A stretch of DNA of 64,000 bases from Haplodiscus bocki (taxonomy: Eukaryota), in the NCBI GenBank assembly GCA_965655095.1, contig OZ296648.1, forward strand, positions 155,992,001-156,056,000, written 5' to 3'. The translations under genes and the position numbers were made by a program. This document shows positions 23,121 to 37,700 of this stretch, in pieces (within the stretch, counting starts at the first letter, position 1; every line of letters starts with the position of its first letter). The notes under the pieces were generated by a model. It did not search any database and was not told the DNA's origin. It saw only the letters and a program-made list of their open reading frames with translations.

Positions 23121-25639
23121 CAAAGGGAACAGTTTTCTAGAAAAAAAACAGTCTTTATGTCTATCTAATTTTTCCAAAGTTGAAGAATTTCTTGATTTTT
23201 TTTTGCAAAAGCTCCCTTCAAAAATAAAACGAAACGGATATTCTTAAGAAATGTTATAATTTAATTTGCATTGCATAGTAAGAATTCCTATAAACCGGTG
23301 ATAAAATTTTCAAAGTCAGAGTCAACCGGTTTCGATGTTCTGCCTGGACAACAGTCAAGTAAACCTCAAAAACAAACCGTGGTGAATGGATGATGTTCCT
23401 TCCAAATATATATTATGGTAGAAAATACCAAAAAAACCTGACAAGCTAAGTTGCAGCATAAGCAATTCTAAGCGTCGAGACTGAAAAAAAGTGGTTTTTA
23501 TACCTTGTTGGTGAAAAGAGAAGCCAAGCCGAAGATGAATGCTTCAAGTTTCGAAAGTTTTGGACAAACGAAAGGTATGATACAAGCCAATTGTATGGCT
23601 CAAGGGCTAATCTCCAGCACAAGTACGCCAAAATACATACACGAAATGGGCAATTAATGCAAATGACGGTATATTTGATGTTTTTGCTAATTCTTCGCCA
23701 AAACCCCGCCGAAAAAAAAACAGTTTTTTTCACCAAATGGGCATCAAGAAACGAAGCATTTGCATCCATTCCATTACCAAACATACCCGCAACAGACAGC
23801 AAGGTAGTGATGCTACTCAAAAGACAACGGTTGCCGGGCAAATTTCTGCCGTTTTCATTATAATTTCGCTAACCAGAATGGGATGAAGAAAATTTGCACG
23901 CCGAAAAAAATGGGCATTGTCAATCACGATCATTTCGTTGCTTTTTGAAAAAAGAACTAGAACGCTCCAACAAAGACGTTTGGAGACACAACGCTTTAAA
24001 ATAGGAAACGCAGAGGGATGTCAAAATATTTGGCTGTGACAAATGAAAAGAAGCTGGCGCTGTTTGGAAATTCCCGTAAATCGTCTCAATAGGTTTCGCT
24101 TCACAGAAGCTAAGTTTATTTAAAAAAATGCAAAAGTTGGGCTACCTAGTGAAATTATGTGAGCGGCCATCAAGACTACAAATTGAACACGAGTAGCAGT
24201 TTCAAGCTTAAAGAAACTAGATTGGCTGGCTCAATCGTTCTACAAACAGTTTACAGCCGGGCTCAATTCATAATAACCATCGCTCAATGAACAAACAGTA
24301 AACATTTGTCAGACACACAAGAGCTTTTTGAAGTCTAATTGGCATGAATTTTTTGAATAACTAGTTTAATCAAGTTAATATTAATGATTTTCTGCGTGGA
24401 AGGCCTTTCATTAGAAGTTTTTGGCAAAAAATCTGAAAAACAAAAACACATTGCCACTGCCAATGACTTTTAAAGAGCAATCAACAAGAGTAGAAGCCGG
24501 ACAGAACATCTGATGAGACATGTTGGTCGTATAACGGATCTCCTTGTTCTATCCCTCGACTCCAAGTCCAAAAATCTCCTCGAGATTATGCAGCATCTCC
24601 TCAAAGACAAGGTTTAGAAATTTGAAAAAAAACACTAGCACGACGTTGTCAACAACGCGTTAAAGCCTCGCTCTTGCAGCAATAACATTCCGTCCTTCGT
24701 TAAGGACTTGAACACAATTATTGTTGATAACGAGTAAAAAAATACCGATATAGTTTACCGGCAACGCAAAATCAAAAGTGTGATCTCAAAGAACATCAGT
24801 CATCGCGTTAATCAGATGAGCATTCAATTATTCGAAGTTGGAAAAAATCTCATCTCTAGATTAAACAATGTGACACGGCATCGTGAATGTCCTTGCTGGA
24901 ATTCGTTTGATCTCTACTGCCGACGGAAATTTGCTGGCAATCCCAGAACATGTAGTCGTCCTAATTTTTTCAAAAGAAGTCAATGAACCAGATGATGATC
25001 CCCGGAGGTCAAAACAGAAGTGCCCATTGCAGAAAACAAGACATTAAAACATCGGTCTGTTAAAAAGATTAGACCTTGTCTTTCGCCTTAGATCGCTTCG
25101 CTGAAATTACTTGTGGTGTTGGTGGTTGGTGTGGTGGGACAAAACTTTTCTTGTTTTTTCATCTGGTTCTGCCTTTTTGTAATTTTCGGCGAGCGGATGT
25201 AAGCCTATTCGCACAAGGGCACGTCAGAAAGGTTTCGTTTTTTTGCCGTCCATGACATCCCTCTGCGTTTCATCTCCTTAAATCTAGCTTTCTCGGAACC
25301 TAATGGTCGGAATTAACCAAATTTTGTCGAAACTCTACCACGGGTGCACGATCTATAATATTTCAAAGTTTCGGCCGTTAAAATTTCATTTTCGGTGAGA
25401 CATTGATGATAAAAATTTAAATTTTCAGATTAGAGGGCAAAGGGTCTAAGTTTGAGTCCTGTCTTTACATTAAGCTTGGAATAGCGACTGTTTTTTTTGC
25501 ACACTCGATGGAACAGCGTTCAGTTGACCGGCCTGCAGTGACAATTTTCCCCAAAAAACTTTGTGCTGAGAATTTTGAATTTTTTTCAAACAGGATGGAC
25601 ATACTCCCCTTTGCCCCCTGAGTCAAACTTCACAATCAT

Positions 25640-27122
25640 TTTTTACAAACACGTTTGAAGGATCCGTTTGCTTATTGCTCAGCTGCCTTGGCAAAGTCTC
25701 AGTTGACCGAAGCCAAATTATTGGCTGGAAAGAAGTTTTTCCCCGGCCAGCTTTCCACGCTAACAATTGAAAAGCCAGGTTTTTTTAGAGAACAAGTGTT
25801 ACTTTATCGCACTTCTCTGGCGTAGTTTTCCATGTAAGGCAATCCATTGCTGGTTAAGTGATGGAAAAGAAGCGTTCGTTGCGTTTTGTTTTTAGCCGAT
25901 TTCTGCCAATTTTTTTCCCACACTGTTTTAGTCCAAAATTTTCTGAAAAAAACTGAGTTTTCAAATAAGTTTCTGTAATCTCCAAAGTTTAGCGCTTTCT
26001 TTCGCCCCTCAAAATCAAGCATATCACCTGAATTGCAGAGAAGACTAAGTAATCTGTTCCGTAGTCAAATTTATAATGACTTTTCTGATGGATTAATCGC
26101 CGAAAAGTCTCAACAGATATGTTTTGTTAAGATTTTCTGAAAAATTATTAGCCTGTTGTACAAAAAATAAAAGTCATCTGGGCGTCGTGAGGCCCACTGT
26201 AAAGCCTGCAGAAGCACTCGAAGTTTTCTGATGATACGGTTGGTTTTAGAAAAGTGGTCGGGCCATGGTACTCTTTAGAAGTAGTGCAATTTTTTTCAGT
26301 TCTTCTTCCCTTTGGCGAAAGTTTTTTACGACCCTCATCCCGGTTGAACTAGCGTCGAAGTCATACCTCCTAATTTCTTTCAGTACCTCGGTGTTCTTAA
26401 TCTAGGTTTGCGCGAAACTTTGGACTGATCTTTCTGAGAAAACTTACCGAAAAAACCCGGCTTTCTGAAAAACTTTTGCCTTTCCAGATAAAAATGTCTT
26501 GATTCAACGTCGTAATTGTCAAGCTTTGGGACACTGTTGCTGTCAGACCACTTCTGCCAAACAATGGCTGCTTTTCGCTGACTTTGCCTGTAACAAAATG
26601 TTCTTTTTCAGCTAACTTTTGTTTAAAATTAGAATGATTGCCTTCAACTTCGGCTGTTATAGTATTGTTCGTTTTCTGCCTAATTTCTTCAGATTTTGAG
26701 GCATGCTGTTCGGCTTTGCATGAGCACGTGGTCAGCAATTAAATCGAGATTGATTTTTGATGTACTTGCAGATTGATTTCTGAATTATATGCTTTGATAT
26801 TGGAGCGGTGGTAGTAGCCTATATTTGAATGAGACAACGTGGCAGGTCAGTGGTGTTTTCGACGTCTTTCACTGTGCCACAATCTTGACCATTGGATTGC
26901 GAAATGTTGGAACCTCAGAACCTCAAAAGACATTTTTGACCGGTCACTTTTTCTAGCATAAGACACTCTTAGCAATTACTTGTCTCAATTTGAGTTTTTC
27001 GAACAAACCTTTCGTTGAGAGATGGTGTAGTAACTTTGAAAGTGTCAATAACTTCCCTGATCGTAGTTTCGAATGTCTTAGATCTTTGATCTGTAATGGT
27101 GAGTCAGATGGTATGTGACATA
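25640..27122 (-). pseudogene. Decayed long ORF of unknown family within the array unit
   Basis: Long semi-open frames; peptide-level similarity to the diverged paralog at 38100-38900. Confidence 0.5.
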
Positions 27123-27369
27123 GTTTAGTTTAAGAAATCCTTTTATTACTCTCTTGAGGCTATTACAATGGCGTTTAATTTTTCACACAAGATAAGTACA
27201 AATATTCGAATCCAAATCAATTTCCCCAACAAACAAATTATCTCAAAACAATAATCACATCCTCACAAAATTGGAAGAAGACAGAAACTTTGGATGTGAA
27301 ACTTGAAAAATGACATAGAGTTTTTTGGGAGCCGGATTAGGTGAAAGGTAATATAGACTCCATTGGTAG

Positions 27370-27965
27370 CGGGTTGAAATATAATTGGGGCCATATGGGA
27401 GAAGGGATTATATGGGGGCCTCGGAAGTGGGATTTAATGGTTGATATTGGAGGCTGATAAAGATTGATCGTACTGGAAGCCGGACTTGATGGACAAAATT
27501 AGAAGCGAGAAATATTGGAGACGGGATATACTGGAAGCTGAATTTGATGAACCATATTGAAAGCGGGATGAAGTAGATTTAATTGGAGGCGGGATACAAT
27601 GAATAATATTGGAAGCAAGATAAAATGGATCATCTTGGAAACTCTATGATATATGTTTCCTTGAAAACAGGAGATGAGGATGTTGGAAGAAGGATTCAAT
27701 GGCAGTTGGATATGATGCACGATTTTATAAGCAAGATAATGTGGGCAGACTGGAAGCACGATAATATAAGATTGATTAGAAGCAGAATAATGTGAATGAG
27801 ATATGAAAGCCAGCTGTGATTAATGATATTGCAAGATAATGAAAGATGTTTGAGATGGAATTTGAAGGCAGATATTGTGGTTAAAACTGGAAAATGATGA
27901 AAGAGAATAGTAGGTTTAAATGGTGGTTGAAATTTTAACCTGATATCGGAAGTGGGATGAAATAA
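27370..27965 (+). repeat. Degenerate minisatellite of ~20 ATATTGGAAGCGGGAT-like cores with variable linkers (present in each array unit, truncated in unit 3)
   Basis: atattggaggctgat, gtactggaagccgga, atattggagacgggat, atactggaagctgaat, atattgaaagcgggat, atattggaagcaagat, atatcggaagtgggat, etc. Confidence 0.7.
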
Positions 27966-28029
27966 ATGTGGGACGTTCAATTTTTCAGCTCGATGAATAA
28001 AAAATAGACTTCCTCGAAGTAGAGTCAAA

Positions 28030-28790
28030 TAAAGAAATCGGTAACCAGTTGATGAATATTTTATCATAAAGTTCCTCGAAACCTCCTGAAAAACTATGAT
28101 AAAAAACCGAATTAAAACAGTTGGCGCTGAGATTTGCTGGTTTTGATTCATTGTGGACGAAAAAGTAATAGAAGTTGCTTTTATTTTTTGTGGTTGATAA
28201 CTTCCATTGATGTGTCATTCCATCGAAAAATACTTTTGCTTAAACAATAACTGATGTTTTCGCGACATTCTGATTTCATCTACAAAAACACTAAACTAAT
28301 AGAAAAGATGATGGTAAAGAGTTTGTAATTTTTGTTTTTAGGTTGATTCAGAGAAGTGGGAATAGGGCGATATAGATCTGCGTTTAATGGAGCAGGACTC
28401 GCTGAAATTGTAAATAGATTTATAGTTTTTTGAAGAAGCCAGTTTCTGAGAAAGGTAATAGTATTTGGATCGATCAACTATTGTCTATCACCGAAAAACA
28501 TCAACACTGTCCATAGTTCCATTGAGATGACTCCAGTTGATACTTTTCTGAAAAAAATTGAGATGATCGTTTTCGGGAACCATTACGGTGAACGCAACAA
28601 ACAAATCGAAATTATAGTATGGGAGGCTTATTTTGGACGGCTCTTACGAAGAATATACTTTCTAGAGGATAAGCAGCAAATTGCAGTTGTAAGTTGATAA
28701 ATTTTTCAAATGTTTGTTGATACTTGTCGTTGTTAACAGAATCGTAGACAACTCGTTAGTTCCCAGAGCAACTTACGGAACATCAGCAAA
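28030..28790 (+). pseudogene. Polinton-type retroviral-like (rve) integrase relic in array unit 1; copies at ~31522-32290 and ~36990-37760
   Basis: Across frameshifts: KPP..KNYD, FVVDNF, IPSKN..TITDVF, DDGKEFV, EKGNSIWIDQL, NTVHSSIEMTPVD, consistent with the DxGxEF and YNNTxHSSxKMTP motifs. Confidence 0.75.
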
Positions 28791-31700
28791 AATGGTTAGG
28801 CGATGGAACGAGAAACATTAGTTGCATTCAGTCTTAAACCGATTGTTTCCTGATTTTTCAAATTTTTTCGACCGACATTTGTGAACAGAAAATTGAATTC
28901 TCAAATAATACTTTGCATTATCTAAAAATTAGCGCGTCCAGCATGCCTCAAGTGTTGCATGTTATCTGAGTTGAGGAACAATTCAAGCAACACGTATAAC
29001 AACGTGTTTTGAGACACGTTTTGACTGTGACAGATTTTTTCTCATGTATTTGGTGCCATAGTTTGTCAAAAAATACATTTCCTTAAACTTTGTCGACTTT
29101 CCAAAAACGTTTTGCCCGATTGCACAATCATTTTTTACAAACACGTTTGAAGGATCCGTTTGCTTATTGCTCAGCTGCATTGGCAGAGTCTTAGTTGATC
29201 GAAGCCAAATTATTGGCTGGAAAGAAATTTTTCCCCGGCCAGCTTTCCACGGTAACAATTGAAAAACCGTGTTTTTTCAGAGAACAAGTGTTACTTTATC
29301 GCACTTCTCTGGCGTAGTTTTGCATGTAAGGCAATCCATTGCTGGTTAAGTGATGGAAAAGAAGCGTTCGTTGCGTTTTGTTTTTAGCCGATTTCTGCAA
29401 ACTTTTTTCCCACAGTGTTTTAGTCCAAAATTTTCTGAAAAAAACTGAGTTTTCAAATAAACTTCTGTAATCTCCAAAGTTTAGCGCTTTCTTTCGCCCC
29501 TCAAAGTCAAGCATATCATCTCAATTGCAGAGAAGGCTAAGTAATCTGTTCCGTAGTCAAATTTATAATGACTTTTCTGATGGATTAATCGCCGAAAAGC
29601 CTCAATAGATATGTTTTGTTAAGATTTTCTGAAAAATTATTAGCCTGTTGTACAAATAATAAAAGTCATCTGGGCGTCGTGAGGCCCACTGGAAAGCCTG
29701 CAGAAGCACTCGAAGTGTTCTGATGATACGGTTCGTTTTAGAAAAGTGGTCGGGCCATGGTACTCTTTAGAAGTAGTGCAATTTTTTTCAGTTCTTCTTC
29801 CCTTTGGCGAAAGTTTTTTACGACCCTCATCCCGGTTGAACTAGCGTCGAAGTCATACCTCCTAATTTCTTTCAGTACCTCGGTGTTCTTAATTTAGGTT
29901 TGCGCGAAACTTTGGACTGATCTTTTTGAGAAAACTTACCGAAAAAACCCGGCTTTCTGAAAAATTTTTGCTTTTCCAGATAAAAATGTCTTGATTCAAC
30001 GTCGTAATTGTCAAGCTTTGGAACACTGTTGCTGTCAGACCACTTCTGCCAAACAATGGCTGCTTTTCGCTGACTTTGCCTGTAACAAAATGTTGTTTTT
30101 CAGCTAACTTTTGTTTAAAATTAGAATGATTGCCTTCAACTTCGGCTGTTATAGTATTGTTCGTTTTCTGCCTAATTTCTTCAGATTTTGAGGCATGCTC
30201 TTCGGCTTTGCATGAGCACGTGGTCAGCAATTAAATCGAGATTGATTTTTGATGTACTTGCAGATTGATTTCTGAATTATATGCTTTGATATTGGAGCGG
30301 TGGTAGTAGCCTATATCTGAATGAGACAACGTGGCAGGTCAGTGGTGTTTTCGATGTCTTTCACTGTGCCACAATCTTGACCATTGGATTGCGAAATGTT
30401 GGAACCTCAGAACCTCAAAAGACATTTTTGACCGGTCACTTTTTCTAACATAAGACACTCTTAACAATTACTTGTCTCAATTTGAGTGTTTCGAACAAAC
30501 CTTTCGTTGAGAGATGGTGTAGTAACTTTTAAAGTGTCAATAACTTCCCTGATTGTAGATTCGAATGTCTTAGATCTTTGATCTGTATTTGTAAGTCAGA
30601 TGGTATGTGACGTAGTTTAGTTTAAGAGATCCTTTTATTACTCTCTTGAAGCTATTACAATGGCGTTTAATTTTTCACTCAAGATAAGTACAAATATTCG
30701 AATCGAAGTCAATTTCCCCAACAAACAAATTATCTCAAAATAATATTCACATCTTCACAAATTTGGAAGAATACAGAAACTTTGGATGTGAAAATTGAAA
30801 AACGACATAGAGTTCTTTGGAAGCCGGATTAGGTGAAAGGTAATGTAGACTCCATTGGTAGCGGGTTGAAATGTAATTGGGGCCATATGGGAGAAGGGAT
30901 GATATGGGGGCCTCGGAAGTGGGATTTAATGGTTGATATTGGAGGCTGATAAAGATTGATGGTACTGGAAGCCGGATTTGATGGACAAAATTAGAAGCGA
31001 GAAATATTGGAGACGGGATATATTGGAAGCTGAATTTCATGAACCATATTGAAAGCGGGATGAAGTAGATTTAATTGGAGGCGGGATACAATGAATAATA
31101 TTGGAAGCAAGATAAAATGGATCATCTTGGAAGCTCTATGATATATGTTTCCTTGAAAACAGGAGATGAGGATGTTGGTAGAACGATTCAATGGCAGTTG
31201 GATATGATGCACGATTTTATAAGCAAGATAATGTGGGCAGACTGGAAGCACGATAATATAAGATTGATTAGAAGCAGAATAATGTGAATGAGATATGAAA
31301 GCCAGCTGTGATTAATGATATTGCAAGATAATGAAAGATGTTTGAGATGGAATTCGAAGGAAGATATTGTGGTTAAAACTGGAAAATGATGAAAGAGAAT
31401 AGTAGGTTTAAATGGTGGTTGAAATTTTAACCTGATATCGGAAATGGGATGAAATAAATGTGGGACGTTCAATTTTTCAGCTCGATAAATAAAAAATATA
31501 CTTCCTCGAAGTAGAGTCAAATAAAGAAATCGGTAACCAGTTGGTGAATACTTTATCATAAAGTTTCTCGAAACCTCCTGAAAAACTATGATAAAAACCG
31601 AATTAAAACTTATTGTTAACAGTTGGTGCTGAGATTTGCTGGTTTTGATTCATTGTGGACGAAAAAGTAATAGAAGTTGCTTTTATTTTTTGTGGTTGAT

Positions 31701-34700
31701 AACTTCCATTGATGTGTCATTCCATCGAAAAATACTTTTGCTTAAACAATAACTGATGTTTTCGCGACATTCTGATTTCATCTACAAAAACACTAAACTA
31801 ATAGAAAAGATGATGGTAAAGAGTTTGTAAGTTTTGTTTATAGGTTGATTCAGAGAAGTGGGAATAGGGCGATATAGATCTGCGTTTAATGGAGCAGGAC
31901 TCGCTGAAATTGTAAATAGATTTATAGTTTTTTGAAGAAGCCAGTTTTTGAGAAAAGTAATAGTATTTGGATCGATCAACTATTGTCTATCACCGAAAAA
32001 CATCAACACTGTCCATAGTTCCATTGAGATGACTCCAGTTGATGCTTTTCTGAAAAAAATTGAGATGATCGTTTTCGGGAACCATTACGGTGAACGCAAC
32101 AAACAAATCAAAATTATAGTATGGGAGGCTTATTTTGGACGGCTCTTATGAAGAATATAATTTCTAGAGGATATGCAGCAAATTGCAGTTGTAAGTTGAT
32201 AAATTTTTCAAATGTTTGTTGATACTTGTCGTTGTTAACAGAATCGTAGACAACTCGTTAGTTCCCAGAGCAACTTAGTGAAAATCAGCAAAAATGATTA
32301 GGCGATGGAACGAGAAACATTAGTTGCATTCAATCTTAAACCGATTGTTTCCTGATATTTCAAATTTTTTCGACCGACATTTGTGAACAGAAAATTGAAT
32401 TCTCAAATAATACTTTGCATTATCTAAAATTTAGCGCGTCCAGCATGCCTCAAGTGTTGCATGTTATCTGAGTTGAGGAACTATTCAAGCAACACGTATA
32501 ACAATGTGTATTGAGACACGTTTTGACTGTGATAGATTTCTTCTCATGTATTTGGTGCCATAGTTTGTCAAAAAATAGGTTTCCTTAAACTTTTTCGACT
32601 TTCCAAAAACGTTTTGCCCGATTGCACAATCATTTTTTACAAACACGTTTGAAGGATGCGTTTGCTTATTGCTCAGCTTCCTTGGCAAAGTCTCAGTTGA
32701 CCCAGGCCAAATTATTGGCTGGAAAGAAGTTTTTCCCCGGCCAGCTTTTGACGGTAACAAGTGAAAAGCCAGGTTTTTTCAGAGAACAAGTGTTACTTTA
32801 TCGCACTTCTCTGGCGTAGTTTTCCATGTAAGGCAACCCATTGCTGGTTAAGTGATGGAAAAGAAGCGTTGTTCGCGTTTTGTTTTTAGCCGATTTCTGC
32901 CAACTTTTTTCCCACAGTGTTTTAGTCCAAAATTTTCTGAAAAAAACTGAGTTTTCAAATAAATTTCTGTAATCTCCCAAGAAAAGCGCTTTCTTTCGCC
33001 CCTCAAAGTCAAGCATATCATCTGAATTGCAGAGAAGACTAAGTAATCTGTTCCGTAGTCAAATTTATAAAGACTTTTCTGATGGATTAATCGCCGAAAA
33101 TTCTCAACAGATATGTTTTGTTAAGATTTTTCTGAAAAATTATTAGCCTGTTGTACAAATAATAAAAGTCATCTGGGCGTCGTGTGGCCCACTGGAAAGC
33201 CTGCAGAAGCACTCGAAGTTTTCTGATGATACGGTTGGTTTTAGAAAAGTGGTCGGGCCATGGTACTCTTTAGATATAGTGCGAAGGTACTCTTTAGATG
33301 TAGTGCAATTTTTTTCAGTTCTTCTTCCCTTTGGCGAAAGTTTTTTACGACCCTCATCCCGGGTGAACCAGCTTCGAATTCATACCTCCTAATTTCTTTC
33401 AGTACCTCGGTGTTCTTAATCTAGGCTTGCGCGAAACTTTGGACTGATCTTTCTGAGAAAACTTACCGAAAAAACCCGGCTTTCTGAAAAATTTTTGCTT
33501 TTCCAGATAAAAATGTCTTGATTCAACGTCGTAATTGTCAAGCTTTGGGGCACTGTTGCTGTCAGACCACTTCCGCCAAACAATGGCTGCTTTTCGCTGA
33601 CTTTGCCTGTAACAAAATGTTCTTTTTCAGCTAACTTTTGTTTAAAATTAGAATGATTGCCTTCAACTTCGGCTGTTATAGTATTGTTCGTTTTCTGCCT
33701 AATTTCTTCAGATTTTGAGGCATGCTCTTCGGTTTTGCATGAGCACGTGGTCAGCAATTAAATCGAGATTGATTTTTGATGTACTTGCAGATTGATTTCT
33801 GAATTATATGCTTTGATATTGGAGCGGTGGTAGTAGCCTATATCTGAATGAGACAACGTGGCAGGTCAGTGGTGTTTTCGACGTCTTTCACTGTGCCACA
33901 ATCTTGACCATTGTATTGCGAAATGTTGAAACCTCAGAACCTCAAAAGACATTTTTGACCGGTCACTTTTTCTAACATAAGACACTCTTAACAATTACTT
34001 GTCTCAATTTGAGTGTTTCGAACAAACCTTTCGTTGAGAGATGGTGTAGTAATATTGAAAGTGTCAATAACTTCCCTGATCGTAGTTTCGAATGTCTTAG
34101 ATTTTGATCTGTATTGGTGAGTCAGATGGCATGTGACGTAGTTTAGTTTAAGAAATCCTTTTATTACTCTCTTGAAGCTATTACAATGGCGTTTAATTTT
34201 TCACACAAGATAAGTACAAATATTCGAATCGAAGTCAATTTCCCCAACAAACAAATTATCTCAAATGAAAAATCACATCCTCACAAATTTGGAAGAATAC
34301 AGAAACTTTGGATGTGAAAATTGAGAAATGACATAGAGTTTTTTGGGAGCCGGATTAGGTGAAAGGTAATATAGACTCCATTGGTAGCGGGTTGAAATAT
34401 AATTGGGGCCATATGGGAGAAGGGATTATATGGGGGCCTCGGAAGTGGGATTTAATGGTTGATATTGGAGGCTGATAAAGATTGATGGTACTGGAAGCCG
34501 GATTTGATGGACAAAATTAGAAGCGAGAAATATTGGAGACGGGATATATTGGAAGCTGAATTTGATGAACCATATTGAAAGCGGGATGAAGTAGATTTAA
34601 TTGGGGGCGGGATACAATGAATAATATTGGAAGCAAGATAAAATGGATCATCTTGGAAGCTCTATGATATATGTTTCCTTGAAAACAGGAGATGAGGATG

Positions 34701-37700
34701 TTGGAAGAAGGATTCAATGGCAGTTGGATATGATGCACGATTTTATAAGCAAGATAATGTGGGCAGACTGGAAGCACGATAATATAAGATTGATTAGAAG
34801 CAGAAAAATGTGAATGAGATATGAAAGCCAGCTGTGATTAATGATATTGCAACATAATGAAAGATGTCTGAGATGGAATTCGAAAAAAACTGAGTTTTCA
34901 AATACACTTCTGTACTCTCCAAAGTTTAGCGCTTTCTTTCGCTCCTCAAAGTCAAGCATATCATCTGAATTGCAGAGAAGACTAAGTAATCTGTTCCGTA
35001 CTCAAATTTATAATGACTTTTCTGATGGATTAATCGCCGAAAATTCTCAACAGATATGTTTTGTTAAGATTTTTCTGAAAAATTATTAGCCTGTTGTACA
35101 AATAATAAAAGTCATCTGGGCGTCGTGAGGCCCACTGGAAAGCCTGCAGAAGCACTCGAAGTTTTCTGATGATACGGTTGGTTTTAGAAAAGTGGTCCGG
35201 CCATGGTACTCTTTAGATATAGTGCGAAGGTACTCTTTAGATGTAGTGCAATTTTTTTCAGTTCTTCTTCCCTTTGGCGAAAGTTTTTTACGACCCTCAT
35301 CCCGGGTGAACCAGCGTCGAATTCATACCTCCTAATTTCTTTCAGTACCTCGGTGTTCTTAATCTAGGTTTGCGCGAAACTTTGGACTGATCTTTCTGAG
35401 AAAACTTACCGAAAAAACACGGCTTTCTGAAAAATTTTTGCTTTTCCAGATAAAAATGTCTTGATTCAACGTCGTAAGTGTCAAGCTTTGGGACACTGTT
35501 GCTGTCAGACCACTTCTGCCAAACAATGGCTGCTTTTCGCTGACTTTGCCGGTAACAAAATGTTCTTTTTCAGCTAACTTTTGTTTAAAATTAGAATGAT
35601 TGCCTTCAACTTCGGCTGTTATAGTATTGTTCGTTTTCTGCCTAATTTCTTCAGATTTTGAGGCATGCTCTTCGGCTTTGCATGAGCACGTGGTCAGCAA
35701 TTAAATCGAGATTGATTTTTGATGTACTTGCAGATTGATTTCTGAATTATATGCTTTGATATTGGAGCGGTGGTAGTAGCCTATATTTGAATGAGACAAC
35801 GTGGCAGGTCAGTGGTGTTTTCGACGTCTTTCACTGTTCCACAATCTTGACCATTGGATTGCAAAATGTTGGAACCTCAGAACCTCAAAAGACATTTTTG
35901 ACCGGTCACTTTTTCTAACATAAGACACTCTTAACAATTACTTGTCTCAATTTGAGTTTTTCGAACAGACCTTTCGTTGAGAGATGGTGTAGTAACTTTG
36001 AAAGTGTCAATAACTTCCCTGATCATAGTTTCGAATGTCTTAGATCTTTGATCTGTAATGGTGAGTCAGATGGTATGTGACATAGTTTAGTTTAAGAAAT
36101 CCTTTTATTACTCTCTTGAAGCTATTACAATGGCGTTTAATTTTTCACACAAGATAAGTACAAATATTCGAATCGAAATCAATTTCCCCAACAAACAAAT
36201 TATCTCAAAACAATAATCACATCCTCACAAAATTGGAAGAATACAGAAACTTTGGATGTGAAAATTGAAAAATGACATAGAGTTTTTTGGGAGCCGGATT
36301 AGGTGAAAGGTAATATAGACTCCATTGGTAGCGGGTTGAAATATATTTGGGGCCATATGGGAGAAGGGATTATATGGGGGCCTCGGAATTGGGATTTAAT
36401 GGTTGATATTGGAGGCTGATAAAGATTGATGGTACTGGAAGCCGGATATGATGGACAAAATTAGAAGCGAGAAATTTTGGAGACGGGATATACTGGAAGC
36501 TGAATTTGATGAACCATATTGAGAGCGGGATGAAGTAGATTTAATTGGAGGCGGGATACAATGAATAATATTGGAAGCAAGATAAAATGGATCATCTTGG
36601 AAGCTCTATGATATGTTTCCTTGAAAACAGGAGATGAGGATGTTGGAAGAAGGATTCAATGGCAGTTGGATATGATGCACGATTTTATAAGCAAGATAAT
36701 GTGGGCAGACTGGAAGCACGATAATATAAGATTGATTAGAAGCAGAATAATGTGAATGAGATATGAAAGCCAGCTGTGATTAATGATATTGCAAGATAAT
36801 GAAAGATGTTTGAGATGGAATTCGAAGGAAGATATTGTGGTTAAAACTGGAAAATGATGAAAGAGAATAGTAGGTTTAAATGGTGGTTGAAATTTTAACC
36901 TGATATCGGAAATGGGATGAAATAAATGTGGGACGTTCAATTTTTCAGCTCGATAAATAAAAAATATACTTCCTCGAAGTAGAGTCAAATAAAGAAATCG
37001 GTAACCAGTTGGTGAATATTCTATCATAAAGTTCCTCGAAACCTCCTGAAAAACTATGACAAAAAACAGAATTAAAACCTATTGTTAACAGTTGGCGCTG
37101 AGATTTGCTGGTTTTGATTCATTGTGGACGAAAAAGTAATAGATGTTGCTTTTATTTCTTGTGGTTGATAACTTCCATTGATGTGTCATTCCATCGAAAA
37201 ATACTTTTGCTTAAACAATAACTGATGCTTTCGCGACATTCTGATTTCATCTACAAAAACACTAAACTAATAGAAAAGAAGATGGTAAAGAGTTTGTAAG
37301 TTTTGTTTTTAGGTTGATTCAGAGAAGTGGGAATAGGGCGATATAGATCTGCGTTTAATGGAGCAGGACTCGCTGAAATTGTAAATAGATTTATAGTTTT
37401 TTGGAAAAGCCAGTTTCTGTGAAAGGTAATAGTATTTGGATCGATCAACCTTTCTCTATCACCGAAAAACATCAACACTGTCCATAGTTCCATTGAGATG
37501 ACTCCAGTTGATGCTTTTCTGAAAAAAATTGAGATGATCGTTTTCGGGAACCATTACGGTGAACGCAACAAACAAATCAAAATTATAGTATGGGAGGCTT
37601 ATTTTGGACGGCTCTTATGAAGAATATAATTTCTAGAGGATATGCAGCAAATTGCAGTTGTAAGTTGATAAATTTTTCAAATGTTTGTTGATACTTGTCG

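Noticed and set aside
24500-24550. Hammerhead-like CTGATGA-GAC..GTC with a possible stem I (agaaca/tgttct), downstream of a PSLNEQ peptide suggestive of a Penelope GIY-YIG end
   Set aside because: The essential GAAA is replaced by GTATAA and stem III is not formed; at best a dead relic, and the Penelope evidence is one short motif.
26228-26262. CTGATGA...GAAA...GTC in each array unit
   Set aside because: Stems II and III do not pair; probably a chance match within a decayed ORF.
27370-27965. CRISPR-like appearance of the repeat tract
   Set aside because: Cores are short and highly degenerate, linkers are irregular, there are no cas genes and the context is eukaryotic.
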